Of a stretch of DNA of 64,000 bases, positions 24,679 through 37,405 are shown piece after piece; position 1 is the stretch's first letter; every line of letters starts with the position of its first letter. The notes under the pieces were generated by a model. That model saw only the letters and a list, made by a program, of their open reading frames with translations. It searched no databases and was not told where the DNA came from. Origin of the DNA: Bugula neritina (taxonomy: Eukaryota > Animalia > Bryozoa); NCBI GenBank assembly GCA_964035545.1, contig OZ037766.1, positions 6,500,722 to 6,564,721 on the forward strand, read 5' to 3'. The position numbers and the translations under genes were made by a program.

Positions 24679-27600
24679 ACAGTTACACTAAATCACAGGT
24701 TTACTCCTACCAGCATATTCCACACAAGCAGAAAATAGTTGGGATAACTCAGCATGACAAAGAGAGTGATGTTATATATAAATGTTAGTTTACATTATCT
24801 ACTCAATGAGATGATTAATAATAATTCATTATAAACTAAATTGCAATACATTACAGATATTATTATAACAGCAATAGTTGGGCATTTGAAGTGGTGGGGG
24901 GGAGGGCTTCCAACATGCACGTGAGTTGTGCTTTCAAACAGCTTTTTCAATATAAGCGTAGGGCCACACACAATGCGTGAGTTGTAGTGCGGAAATTTAT
25001 TAGCTAATGATCTTGAGGTTTAACTTTACTGCTCGCCTACAGACGTTTAAACTACGTCATCGGCAAGATATCATAAAAGAGGAAATGCAAACTATATGAA
25101 ACTGTTTTAATTCAGTTCGCTAAAAGCTAAAACGTTAATTAAAATAAAAAAGTGTGCTCACTAAATGATGATAATAAGACAATTAGATCAAACACGCACG
25201 AGCTTGCTGCACTTTTCACTCAGCACGTTAGACGCATGAAAATTCGCACACAACATCCCATTTTTGAGCTAAACTAGTTTTGCTGTTATGCTGTTTGCGG
25301 GTTATGCTGTATGTAGAGAAATTTCTCAATACTACAACCAGCTAAGCTGTGAGAACATAACATTTTTGTGATCCCGCTACCCAAACAGAACAAAGCTGAG
25401 ATAGGTGAGAATAGGTAAGAATAACTTTTTTTTGTGATAAATATTTTTCATCTAGAACACAGGCTTTTCAAAAATGTTTTCTCTACTGCACCTTAGGTGA
25501 GCTTGCAGACAAATAATGTAAAACAAGGAAAGTTGTCTGCCAGTTTCACACATCTCGTGATAGTAAAAGAAGTTGACTATCTTTCTTGTATAAAATCCTA
25601 ATGACATCATACAATATATATCTGAACACTTTGAAAAGATGTTTCCCTACAGATATCTATTCTTTTACGAAAGGCAAAACTTATTCAACTCACAACCAAT
25701 ATTCTTCTGAGCATAAATTTACAAAAAAAATTTAAGCTCCTAGTTTTATGGCAAAATAAATATTAAAGTTTAACAGTTAGCTACTTACATATATTCCTAC
25801 TACTAGATATGATTATATAAGTATAGATATTTTCCTTTATAATTAGGTTGTGCATCAAAGAAATTTGAGTTGTTAGTTATTGTAATGATTTTTTTAAAAT
25901 AATTTTTGAAAACTGTTTAAAATAAATTCTTTGAGCAGAACTGTTACTTTACTCCACACAGTTTTGAATTTAATCAAAGGTGAGTTTCGCACACAATTTT
26001 GGCAGACTGCTCAAGCTATATGTCAAACACCACCTTCCCAAGGTCATTCTCCATCCAAACCAGCAAATTACAGTGTCAGCGACTCTTTACCTCTAAAGAA
26101 ACTAGCCAGTTGTCAACTATTCATCAAGGAGAAACTTATGAAACAAAGCAAATTGTGAAATAATCAAACATGGAAACATTTATATCTAAAAATTTTAGTG
26201 ACTCCATAAGTATGTTGCCTCCCAGCAAACTCTTTTATGTTTTTAACAAAAACCAAAACTTGCAAAATATGTTAACATAAATAAAAAATCAAAGGGTACT
26301 AAGCCTGGACAAATATACTAAAATGACATTGCAGAGCATTGACCTTTGTAGACCGCTGCATTTTCAAGTGTTTGCATAAATGCAATCCTGGAACTATGTA
26401 GCTTTAGTAATCATCACAAATGTAAAAAAGCAATTAACTTCCAGAAAGTTCCTTTCTTTAAATTGTAATTGTATTGGTGACAGCAAAGACTGGAGCTGGT
26501 CTTCCTAGTATACTTAAGATATCAATAGATAGCCACTATGTGCTGATTGCATCTAACACTATTACCAAATCCAGTCTTTAAGAGGTCTTACAGTAATGTC
26601 ACAACATTGATTTCTCAAGCCACAAATCAATAACAATATTAAAATATCCAACAGAGCACGCTAGAGATCATGACTTACAAGCACTTAGTAACTCACACCC
26701 TCTTGTATGCTCTTTACATGCTCAACAACGCTATATTTTCAACAAATCAAACTTGATTAAATATTGCAGGCAGAGTTTGAGTTATTTCAACTCATATATT
26801 GCTAAATTGAAAAAATAAAAATCTTGCTTTGGTGACCAAGTAACGTATGGTCCTTTGTATACTCTTCACTATCAGCTTGAGGCTCAAGGTAGTGCCACAT
26901 CAAGTGAAACTTCAAAATGTGTTTGTAAGAGTTAAACGCCACATAGACAAAGTTATTAGTGAAGTTGAAAATTGAATGTTAGACAATATTCTATTTTGAA
27001 ATTGTGATAAATATTGCTAGCTTACTCTAAATAGTGCAAAATTGATATAAATACCAGACAAAACTGCAAAAAGTCCGATTTTTCTTTGGTATGCAATTTC
27101 TTTGAAATTGCTGTTTAACCTGACACGCTTTTCAGTCTGGTGGTGCAGTAGATAAAGTGATAAGCACTATACAAATTCAAACCCCAGCACAGACATAGGT
27201 GTTTACAACATAATACCAGCCTGAAAAAATATATCCTGAAATATGAAATCATATTTCATATTTGCCTGGTTTTTTCCATTAATTCATTGTTTTAAAGAAA
27301 CAGACTAATTAACGTGGATACTGCATATTTTGACAGCACAAACAAGCACGTTATGAAAACATAAATTTTTGCTAGTCAGAAATAAAAATGTTTGCATTGC
27401 AATATTTTGCATCTAAATACTCGATTGCTTGACGTAGACAGAATTTGAAGCTATTTAATAGAGCAAACTACCAGAAAAGCTCACAGAGCTGGTCTAGCAG
27501 TTCTATTGCAAGTAAACTACGGATACTGTGACTATTACATTGGAAAGTGCTCTCACAGTAATATATTCACTCAGAAATGCTATATGTCTCAAGATTTCAT

Positions 27601-30600
27601 ATACTTACAATGAAAGAACTTCTTTGAATGTTGAGTCTGATCACACAGAGTGTGTCTAGTATACAGACTACAAATGCAATCAATATGAAGTCGACTGGTA
27701 ATGTGGAAAGGAAATGACTAGAATAAGAAAGTAAACTTCTATCTACGCACAGATGCGCGTATCATGCCTAAATGTGTGCAGAAAATATCAATACAATCAC
27801 ATAATAGCGTATAAAAGTTGGTCTTTAGGCGTATACCAATAAGCGTTTATTGATTTCCTTTACGGTGCGCAGCCAAACTTCGTAGTTAACTGAATAAGTT
27901 TATTATAGTCTGCAATCTCGCTAAAGTTAATGTTTTAGTTTGCAAAGTCTCACAGATGCTAGAAAGCATTTCTCCTCGTAACAATAGGCTTCACAGAGAG
28001 GATAACTTCAATGAATAATTATATAGCACATTAAAATTTGCTAGATTAAGAGTAAAAGAAATAATTCAATTTGAATACCACCATGATTAGTACTACTGCG
28101 ATTTTCATCTACACAACTATTTTGAAGGGTATTGGAGTTATCTTCCCAGAGTTGCACTTGACTATAAGCATGGTTGGCAGCATATTGTTTTGCTTATTTA
28201 AACCCATTTTCTATTCTGAAAATAAAATATCTTTGTAAAGAGGTTTAACTTTATACTTGAATGACATAAAGGCTACTCGTAAGATATTTAATTAATCTAA
28301 GTGTTTGAAACTGTGATAGTTGCTTTCAACTTTGATGATCCTCTTTTCTGTATCTTCCCTCAACTAAGGGTATAACACAAGGTTTCAACCACGCTAACAT
28401 TGTACAAGAATGTAACCTGATCAATAATGATTACTTTAGAGTTAGAGTCAAATAAGAAGTCTGTTAAATTGTTTTCAGTCAATATTGAGTCAAGCAATTA
28501 ATTTAGAGAGAACGATTTACGCTAGTAAACTTTTATTTAAACAACAAGTATTGATCTATTGAAAAATGCTATTTTAGGAATGAAAAGGGTTAACCCACTG
28601 GTATATACTCAACTCCCACGCAGCACTACTGTTTATCCTGAGCTACTTGCAATCGGCCCAGGTTAGTAGTAAGTAATAATTGTAGCTACTACTTCACCAC
28701 AGTACTGTAACAATTCCCAAACCCTTATTTGAAATGAATAATGAAATGAAACTATTGCAACAGTGGACTAATCATATGGTATACATAGCAGTGCCAGTGT
28801 TGGTCCACTAGTGAAAATAAGCAGTTATACTGAAACTGGGCAGGCAATGACATGTCATTCTTAGTAAACTTCACTCTGGATAGCATAGTGCATGTCTTCG
28901 CCAACGTTAGCTTATGAAAAGTCAACAAAAAGGAGGTGACTGACTGAATGCTTATAGTATCTTTCATTATTGAAACACTATTTTCCTATATTATGTTCTA
29001 CACTACATCCCACGCCAGATATTCAACATATACAATATGATTAATGTGAATATATAATCTCAGAATACTAGCTACTTGTCTATACAAGCCGAATGATCCC
29101 ATATATTGACTCTGGGTGATGAATTGGTTAGATTTGTGGTTAGTTAGAAAATATTTTTAAATAATTGGAATCAATCCAGAAAAGAAGGCTAACTTCACAA
29201 ACATCACTGCACAAAAGTGGCCTGATTATGACCTACAAGACACTTTTATGTATGACCTATTAAACTAACATATTACTCTTTAAAATATATGGTAAGACAT
29301 TATTTCCCAGAAGGAGTTGTACGAGCTTTTTGACTGAATTTACACACTTTCCAACTATGCTTTGGTGGAAAGGTTAGTTTTTTTTAGTACAACGTGAAAG
29401 TCATTTGTGCTGAAGAGGGGGCATTATTGTTTACAGTTTCAGAGAAGCTCAGAAAAGGACATTATGTGATTGAGCGCTCCAACTATAGCTTTAAATCCAA
29501 GCTATATAAAGGCAAAACTCCCTAACTGCGGATATAGCAGAGAAAGGCCTAGAGAAATTAGTTGTATAATTAATTTATGGCAAAAACCAAAAGCTATCCC
29601 CAGTTGGTCTAGTTGTTATCAATCATCCAATAATAAGTATCAGTTTCACAAAGGACAGTATTTCATGCCATTATGAATTTTGCTAAAATTTGTAGTGATA
29701 ATTCCAAAAAGTAAACACACATTTGTATTGCTACAGACAAACTGTCTAGCAAACTAGAGCTTTATTCATTGTCATAGAACAATTAGGCTGTAATACATAA
29801 AAAATATCTGTGGAATCTAACATTCTTTCACAATGTACTTTTTTCCTCAACTCATTATTCAAGTAAGCTATGCCTACGTGTCAACTAAGTTGGCTCGGCT
29901 CACAACTAATAGCTGGTTCTGTATAGACTGTGTGAAGGCTACAAGAATGAATGTGTGGATAAAACTCTGCACCCACCTGTCACTAACTAACAGCCATATA
30001 TCTACTGTGTATTGGAATATCCAGCATACTAGACCATTCATTTTGGTGAAACTATAACTCTTTTAGCCTAAATTCTAAATCTATTAATAAATTTTGGTTT
30101 GGGTCAAAGCTTGAAATCTTGCTATATTTATAACCTAGAAAACAGGCTTTTCTCATTTTCTTCACTAGTGGGCATACCTCTATTTAAGGTGCAATAAGTT
30201 TTGACTTCCAGTTTTAGAGAGTAATTGCTGCATGGGCAGCATAGCAAGTTTTCTTGGTGCAAAGTAAAGCAGTTTATCACAACTGAGCGTCTTTCAACAG
30301 CCAGTCAATCAGAAAGAACAAGGCTTTTGTCTACTACGCTGACAATTAAATGAAGATGTTATGACAGTAAATGCTAAACATGTGCAGAGGGTAGATCTTT
30401 CTGTAATGTTAGGACAGCACGTACATTTTAGGACATCTTATGTTGAACTGAGTGTCAAAATAAGCCTATAGATAAGTTGTTTACCATTTTGAATCAATAA
30501 TATGCAACCTCTAACAACAGTGCTGTACGAACTTCTATCAGGTCTTCAATTAATTGAAACCAACCAATGATTTAGCTTGAAAATAAAGTAGTTTCCATCC

Positions 30601-31195
30601 AAGAAATGTTCACACATGATGCCTACCTTTTCTTTCATCTTACAATAATATACTCGCTATAATATTTAATTTTGTAAGAAATGGATTTAGCCGCTAAAAC
30701 AATACTATAATGTTTTATACTGTCCTCCAGGCATCTGAAGTTAATAATAAATTACAGCCCTTGATAAGTTGGGTATTTTTACGTATTGTAACAGTTAATA
30801 ATTATAGTGGCATAGACATCGAAATTTCAAGTAAATAACGTACAATATGTATAAATTATAGACAAAACACTGTGTAATTATGGTTTAGTTAGTAGAACGT
30901 CAACTGAGCAGTAGCTAATTATTAGTAAGTAAGTTTAACATTCTCTTACTTTATCCGCAATCTAACTTAATGTTCTAAGTGCCGAGAAAACTCATTTCTT
31001 ATTAATTTTCTAATAAAAAGTAAAAATATATTTTTTCATTATTCACTTTCATTAACTGAAGTATTAGTAATGCAAGTTTTGGAATAATTATAAGGAAGTG
31101 TGAACAATTTTAAATGCTGAATTTTTAAGTAAATTAGAAGTTAGTTTTGGGTTTGTCACATTACATAAAGCTATCTGGCTATCAAAATCAGAGTA

Positions 31196-31360
31196 CAGTG
31201 CTCCCTCCATATCTCACTAAGCTACGCTCCAAACCTCAATTTGTGACATAGTAGAATACCAGATTTAACTCATGGTTCCATTGAATTCCGCCATTTTGTC
31301 CCTATACACACATACAAAAGCAACAAAGATGGAGGTCCAAGCCCTCCTTTTGACATATGG
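31196..31360. mobile_element. Diverged, inverted, one-ended copy of the 12911-13120 MITE
   Basis: TA-CAGTGCTCCCTCCATATCTCACTAAGCT...GACATAGTAGAATACCAGATTTAACTCATGG matches the reverse complement of 12960-13120; second TIR not intact. Confidence 0.8.
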
Positions 31361-32670
31361 TATTTCATCATTTCCATTTCTCTACATTTCATCATACTTG
31401 GCATTAATAAGCTTTAGTGGTCAAGCAGTGGGTCATTTCATCAGATAACAATTCAGGTCAAATCATAATGGGCACGTTGGCTGGTCAACCCAGCATATAA
31501 AAATGGTGGCCATCCAAATCTCTCAAAAGGCTCTGGTAATGTATATTTTCCAAATGTAATAGAAATGCATATACAGTCAGACATTCACACCCCATTAATA
31601 AACATTAGGGTAAAAACTTGGACACGCTAGCCACCAACTCAACATATTATTGTAATTTCCTCATGAGACACTACAATTCAACTCAAAGCTTAGCAGTGTA
31701 AATAATTGCACATAACTAAGATAACAGTCAGCAATAAGAACGAAAAAAACAAGTCAGAAAAATCTAATTTAAGCTCATTTTGTACTGACATGTGCTTCAT
31801 TTAGAAACAGGCATTGGTGCCTTTACAGAACCAAGTCATCGGTATATTTATACTGCAGGAAGATATTATAGGCCTATTCATAGTTGCTCTGCTCTCTATT
31901 TGGAGATTTTCCATAAATAAAGGAATGGAATGCACACTTGTCACGTGTCTCCTGTTACATCACGAGTGTAATACGTATCTGCCGAACAAAGAGTTAGTAG
32001 GTGTGACAGAATCAACCAATCATAAATCAGACAGATAGACCGCAGTACCTTCAACTGGTCTGGAATCAACTAGAAAAGATTACTTGCGGTAAGAATTGTA
32101 ACCAGAACGCACCGAGCATTTCATCTGCTGAGTACGTTCCTAGCGCGGCGTAGTTAATATTTCAAGAGTTTACAGTCAACAATGCTTTTTCCAACTGTAC
32201 TGCCTGCGCAAGTGAGGGGCACCGTTGTCGGTGAGTTATTAGAATATCGCCAGAAGCAGCACCGCGTAGAGGGTTACTGAGTACAGCATTTGTATATACA
32301 TCAGTTCAAACCTCCAATTCCAAACTGGAGACCCATCTCTCCAACCACTGTACTCAGTGAGCACCAACTCGGTGCTGCATCTAGCAATTTTAAAGTTATT
32401 ATTCTATGGAAAAATATTTTATATGTAGAATAAGAATCAGATAAAACTTTTTAATGATGAGTTACAACACTAACTTTAAGAATAAACATTAGTAAAATTC
32501 AGTCAAAATGACTCCATTAGTACTATTTAAAAACCTTTCAGTAATATCAGTGATTTCTAGACTAAGATTTCAACTCAACAGTTTTATTGGCAGGGCAGAG
32601 TGAAAGGAAAGACATCCTTGCACTTGGTGAAAAAGAACGAGAAGATGGACATACTGTCACAAGTTGCAAC

Positions 32671-34101
32671 ATGCAGGCAGTCTCCGAGAGACTGTTTAGT
32701 AGAAAGGAAGTGTCACAACACTGTGAACCTCAATCCTGCTGGGTAGTTGTTAACAACACAGTGTACGACTTGACAGAGTTTATATACAAAGTAAGTAAAT
32801 GTATTATTAAATTGGTATAGTAGCTCGATTATCTGATTATCTCGTGCTTAGGTCTCAGGGTCAGAAATAATTATCAGAACACAGTTTGGTTATTCAAAGT
32901 CTATTGCCTAAAGTGTGTTTAGTAGTTTATCAAATTCAGTTACATCTATTCTCTAGATTTTTAACTTCAATTTGAAATTAATAAAGCTGGCCATCACTAC
33001 TTTTTAGTTGAACTTAATTTTACCAAACGAAAATATGCCAATGGAGGGCAGACTAGATACTTTTGTTATTGAGTTATTAATTTGCTCAGTAATAATTCCT
33101 TCTTTCACCCAGGATAAAAAAAACTCAAGGAAAGCTTATTGAAGACACAAAATATATGCATTTACTTATTTCCAGTCGAGATAATTAAAAGAAAATTTTG
33201 AGATAAAGCCTATTAATTCTAAAACTGCTTTTAAAAAGATTGTTGTAGTTTCAAATTTTTACGATTTATTTAAAATAAAAAATGATCTAGTTGAATGACA
33301 AGTAAATTTTAAATCAGTCTCTGAACCTGTACAACATATCCACATTTATTTAGCTACATATAAAATAATACTATCTGTTAGCTGATACCAAAAGACTGTC
33401 TTTACTTTTTTTTAAATTAGGTAAAGAAATATTATTTCGGTATTTTTTCCATAATAAATGGTCCCAACAAAAAAAATTAGAGGGAAAGACAACCTTCAAG
33501 CACAACCTAGATGCTGGCTAAAATAAGGTTTTGTTTTAATCCTGTTATTTAAAAAATTGATTTTAATTTTAGCACCCAGCTGGAGAAGATATAATTTTAG
33601 AGCATGCTGGTTTAGACTGCACAAGTGTATTTCAAGATGTTGGTCACTCAAAGAATGCCAGAAATCTTCTAGTAAAATACAAAATTGGATTACTAACCGA
33701 GGTGAGTGTTGATGGTTTGACATAGCAATTTGAGTGCTTAAAAAATTTATGAAAATTGCTTATATTTTTATTTATCAAATTTTAATACTACTACTTAATT
33801 GTTAATTAAGAGTTGTCATCTCCATGCTGATACATTCTTAACTTAGTCATTAGGAGCTATCATATTTTTTTTAGTTTGCCATTGTTAAATTCAAACTATG
33901 CTACAGACTTGTTTCTTTATAAGATAAATTTTAGTACTTCAATAAATTTTGAAAAAGTTGAGTTATAAGGGTAAGTGAAAAGGGTATAGCAATTAAACTT
34001 ATGCATTTAACACAACAAATATTTTAAAGCTGCTATTTACTTGTTAAAGATAACCAAAAGCACTTTTGTAGGAGGAGAGAACGCCAACAGATCAGACATG
34101 A
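32671..34101 (+). CDS. Cytochrome b5-domain protein, short soluble form (~92 aa)
   Basis: Exons 32671-32790, 33573-33701, 34072-34101: MQAVSERLFSRKEVSQHCEPQSCWVVVNNTVYDLTEFIYK|HPAGEDIILEHAGLDCTSVFQDVGHSKNARNLLVKYKIGLLTE|EERTPTDQT*. Both axial His (HPAG, GHS) present. Start may extend upstream via the acceptor at 32592; last exon less certain. Confidence 0.88.
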
Positions 34102-37100
34102 TATTTACTACAACTTATGCTATTCATATTATATTTAAAAAATGAAAGACAAAGTTTTATATTTGGAAAAATTGTTTAATTATTTTAATTATATACTATT
34201 ACTTTCTAACATGCATTACTGTACTCCATAGATACCTATTATGTAATTAAAAACTATTCCAATTATACAATCATCATAATATTTTTTGGCTTCTTAACTT
34301 CTATATACTTTAAATGCCATTTTTTTATTTTGTGATGAATTTTTAAAAGCAAATAATTTTTTGAAGTGTAACCTATACTTTATTTTATTAATGCTGAAAT
34401 AAATTATGTATTGTGAAATGAAAAACAAAATATATTATTTGGCTCTTCTGCTTTAAATTATCCAAGTTTCATTTTATTATCAGTTTTTAAGCAAAATTTC
34501 AATGTTTTTGCACCCGCTAGAAAAATTTACAAAAGTCTCCATCAAAGCTAACTTCTTGTTACTTAAAGCCATTGAACTTGTTACAAGATGTGCCAAGGTT
34601 CAATTATTTCGAATTACTAAGCTTTACAAAAATCTATTAGCATCACATTAATAATGGCTTGTAACGAGCACAGAATTTAATCACCTAGAAATAATAAAAC
34701 ATATACTTAATAAGTTCATGCAATTATAGCAAATCACTGAAACTTTTTCTAGCATCTTTAAGTAATTTATTATAGTGAGCAATATTAAATACTAATAGTT
34801 AAAAAGGTTAATTATTCTCATTTATAGTATATTGAAAATATGCTACGAAAATGATTGAAAAAACAACAATTTTGATAATTTGCTGTTCTAGTGCAACAAA
34901 TGTCACGAAACTGACTCCCCCTCCAAAGTTTATGGCTATTATTGAGCTAGAGTTTACAGCATATTAGAATCAGCCATGCAAGAGATGAACAGCCCTTGCA
35001 AATCTCAGTGTAGCCCAGCACTCACTCCAGTCTATGGTATCATAGTAAACTTATTATCTTAATCCTTAGTAGCTTTAATAAGACTGAAAGTTTGAAAGAT
35101 TCTCAGGTTTAAAAATACCATTGCAAAAGTGAGCCTTGCCTCCTGCTTGACTATAGACATTTTTCTTAACAACCATAAAATTAAATTGCATTCCTTCCAC
35201 TGAGAACTTTTTTCTTCAATTACAACTAAAAACGAATCACTAATCTTTTCATACTTATTAAATCTTGCAGTTGTATTGACAGGTATGACCATTTCATACT
35301 TATTTTGGATTATCATTAATGTGATAGTAATTATTATTACGATTTCTAGTTAGTTTTATCATTATAAATGTAGTATTATAGCAATCATGTTAACTATCAT
35401 AATCATTGTGACCATTGCCATGAGACTGGACAAAACTAACTTCTACTTATACTTTACTGGTAAAACCTACAAGTCAAATAAACTTGAAGTCTACTGGTTA
35501 CTGGTGAGATTCAGATTAGGATTAAACTTAGAATTACTATTATTATTAATATTAGTGATACTACTAGTATTAGTATTACTGTTAGTAAAATACTATTAAT
35601 ATTAGTTAATTATCAATTATTAGTCTTAAAACTTTACTTGCAAAACTAAATAACACAAAATTTTACTCAAAGCCTTCCACTTACTGACTGGCTTACAGTT
35701 ACTATGCTACTGTGACTTAAAGTTGCTATCAGATGTACAGTTACTTTACTATACTTACAAATTCATATTGACTGAAAGCAAAAGTGAATGAATCAAATTC
35801 AATGAACGAGTTTGACTTCGAGATAGGATTATGATTGAATTCGAATATCAATATGAATATGAATATTTAATTTTATATTATCTCACAATATCAATATAAG
35901 TGAATATAGAACAATACAACATGCGAAAATACAATATATTTACCCAGTATTATTGGAATTACCTTGCATGTATCAGTAAACAATTGTTTCCATGTATCTG
36001 TTTACAACATCGATGTGAAACTTCCATAAAACATTTGCCATTTGGATTCACCAACTTTATTGACTAGAATTATTTGTAATCGTGGTTTCGGTTTTGCAGC
36101 CAGTTTGTTTGGCCTTGACATAGTAGTTTTTAGAATCAAATGCGGAATATCATCGTAGAAGTGTATTATTCTGCCTACAACCGTATTTCAAAAATATCTG
36201 CCATGAGAACACGAAAACTTGGGCTTTGCCTTGCAGCATGACAAGGTCAATGTGAAGAAGTAACATTGACGAGTCGTGATCATTAACTGATCAACTTTAA
36301 GCACAGCTTTTTTCTATAAGCAACTCAATTTTTCAGCTGTTTCAACTGCCTTTTATATGGAAATGCAAATAACTTAAAGTGAATCTGATAAGCATCAAGT
36401 TCATCGTGATAAATTATAAAGACTCAGTCAGTAAATGAGTCAAACTCGAACAGTGAAACTGAGAGTGAGTGTGATTATCAATATCAATATGAATATATCT
36501 TATCATTATGATTATAAAATTAAATATATAACAATTGATAAATTATAATATTACTATTGCTATCAGTATTAGTATTGCTATTAGACATTAGTATTATCTT
36601 CACTTTTAATATTGAATTTAATAATTACAAAACTTTAAAATAAATATTAAATTTTAAGTTGATTTTAAAATGTCACATCATTATCGATCATTATCATAAA
36701 TCATTATGATAAAGTGATTATCATTATCATTATTAATTTTCAATTTAAATTAATTATTTACAATACAGTTATAGACATAATGATAATGATAACAATATTA
36801 ATTACTTTTACTTTTAGGTTAGATTATAATTATTACATTTTTATATTGATGCTGTCCATATTTTTTTCTTTGCCAATACGAGTATAACTTTCAAACTCAA
36901 TTTTATTTGTTTGTGACTGTTTCTAAAGAATTAAATTAGTTGCAATGACTCAAGTTATGAACCACCTATTCATGATCATGATTATAATATAGTTTGACTT
37001 TCTTAATTATTGTGGTTATTACCACTACACTTAGCCTTATGACTCATCCAATATAGACACTTGTAGTTATAGTAAATGTGTCTTGATGCTGTAGATATGT

Positions 37101-37405
37101 CACTCTATCCCTATGGATAGTTCAGTTGCTAACAAATTAAATATAGTTATCATATAGCTCAACCTAAATGCAGTTACTGATTCAACTTTTTTAAATTGGT
37201 ACTGAACAGAGTAATGTAGCCTACATCTTTGCAATACAAAAGAGTAATTTTTTTCTATTAAATGATGTTTACAAGTGCTTAAAATTTGTTCATAGATACA
37301 ACCTTTGTAAGAGCCTGTTTTAATAGTTGCCTACTTTACAGTATGTTATACTATCTTTTGCAGCACTAAGTTATACCTTCAGTGTTATAATTTATGTGAC
37401 CTGGT

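Noticed and set aside
24161-24679. 172-aa ORF on + strand
   Set aside because: Antisense shadow of the large KIAA0513 exon; no independent support.
31410-31520. Degenerate CORE-like SINE (GGTCAACCCAGC...AAATGG)
   Set aside because: Single, highly decayed copy; boxes too weak to call without a library search.
24700-32200. Short ORFs between KIAA0513 and cytochrome b5
   Set aside because: No recognisable motifs or phase-consistent exon chain; probably UTR introns and intergenic DNA.
32360-32376. Hairpin resembling the SpCas9 tracrRNA 3' stem (GCACCGAGTCGGTGC) on the - strand
   Set aside because: Only about 15 nt with a mismatch and no other scaffold sequence; coincidence.
35300-36800. Hydrophobic ORF 35387-35599 and apparent foldback structure
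   Set aside because: Explained by ATT/TAT low-complexity sequence; inverted matches are only about 11 bp.
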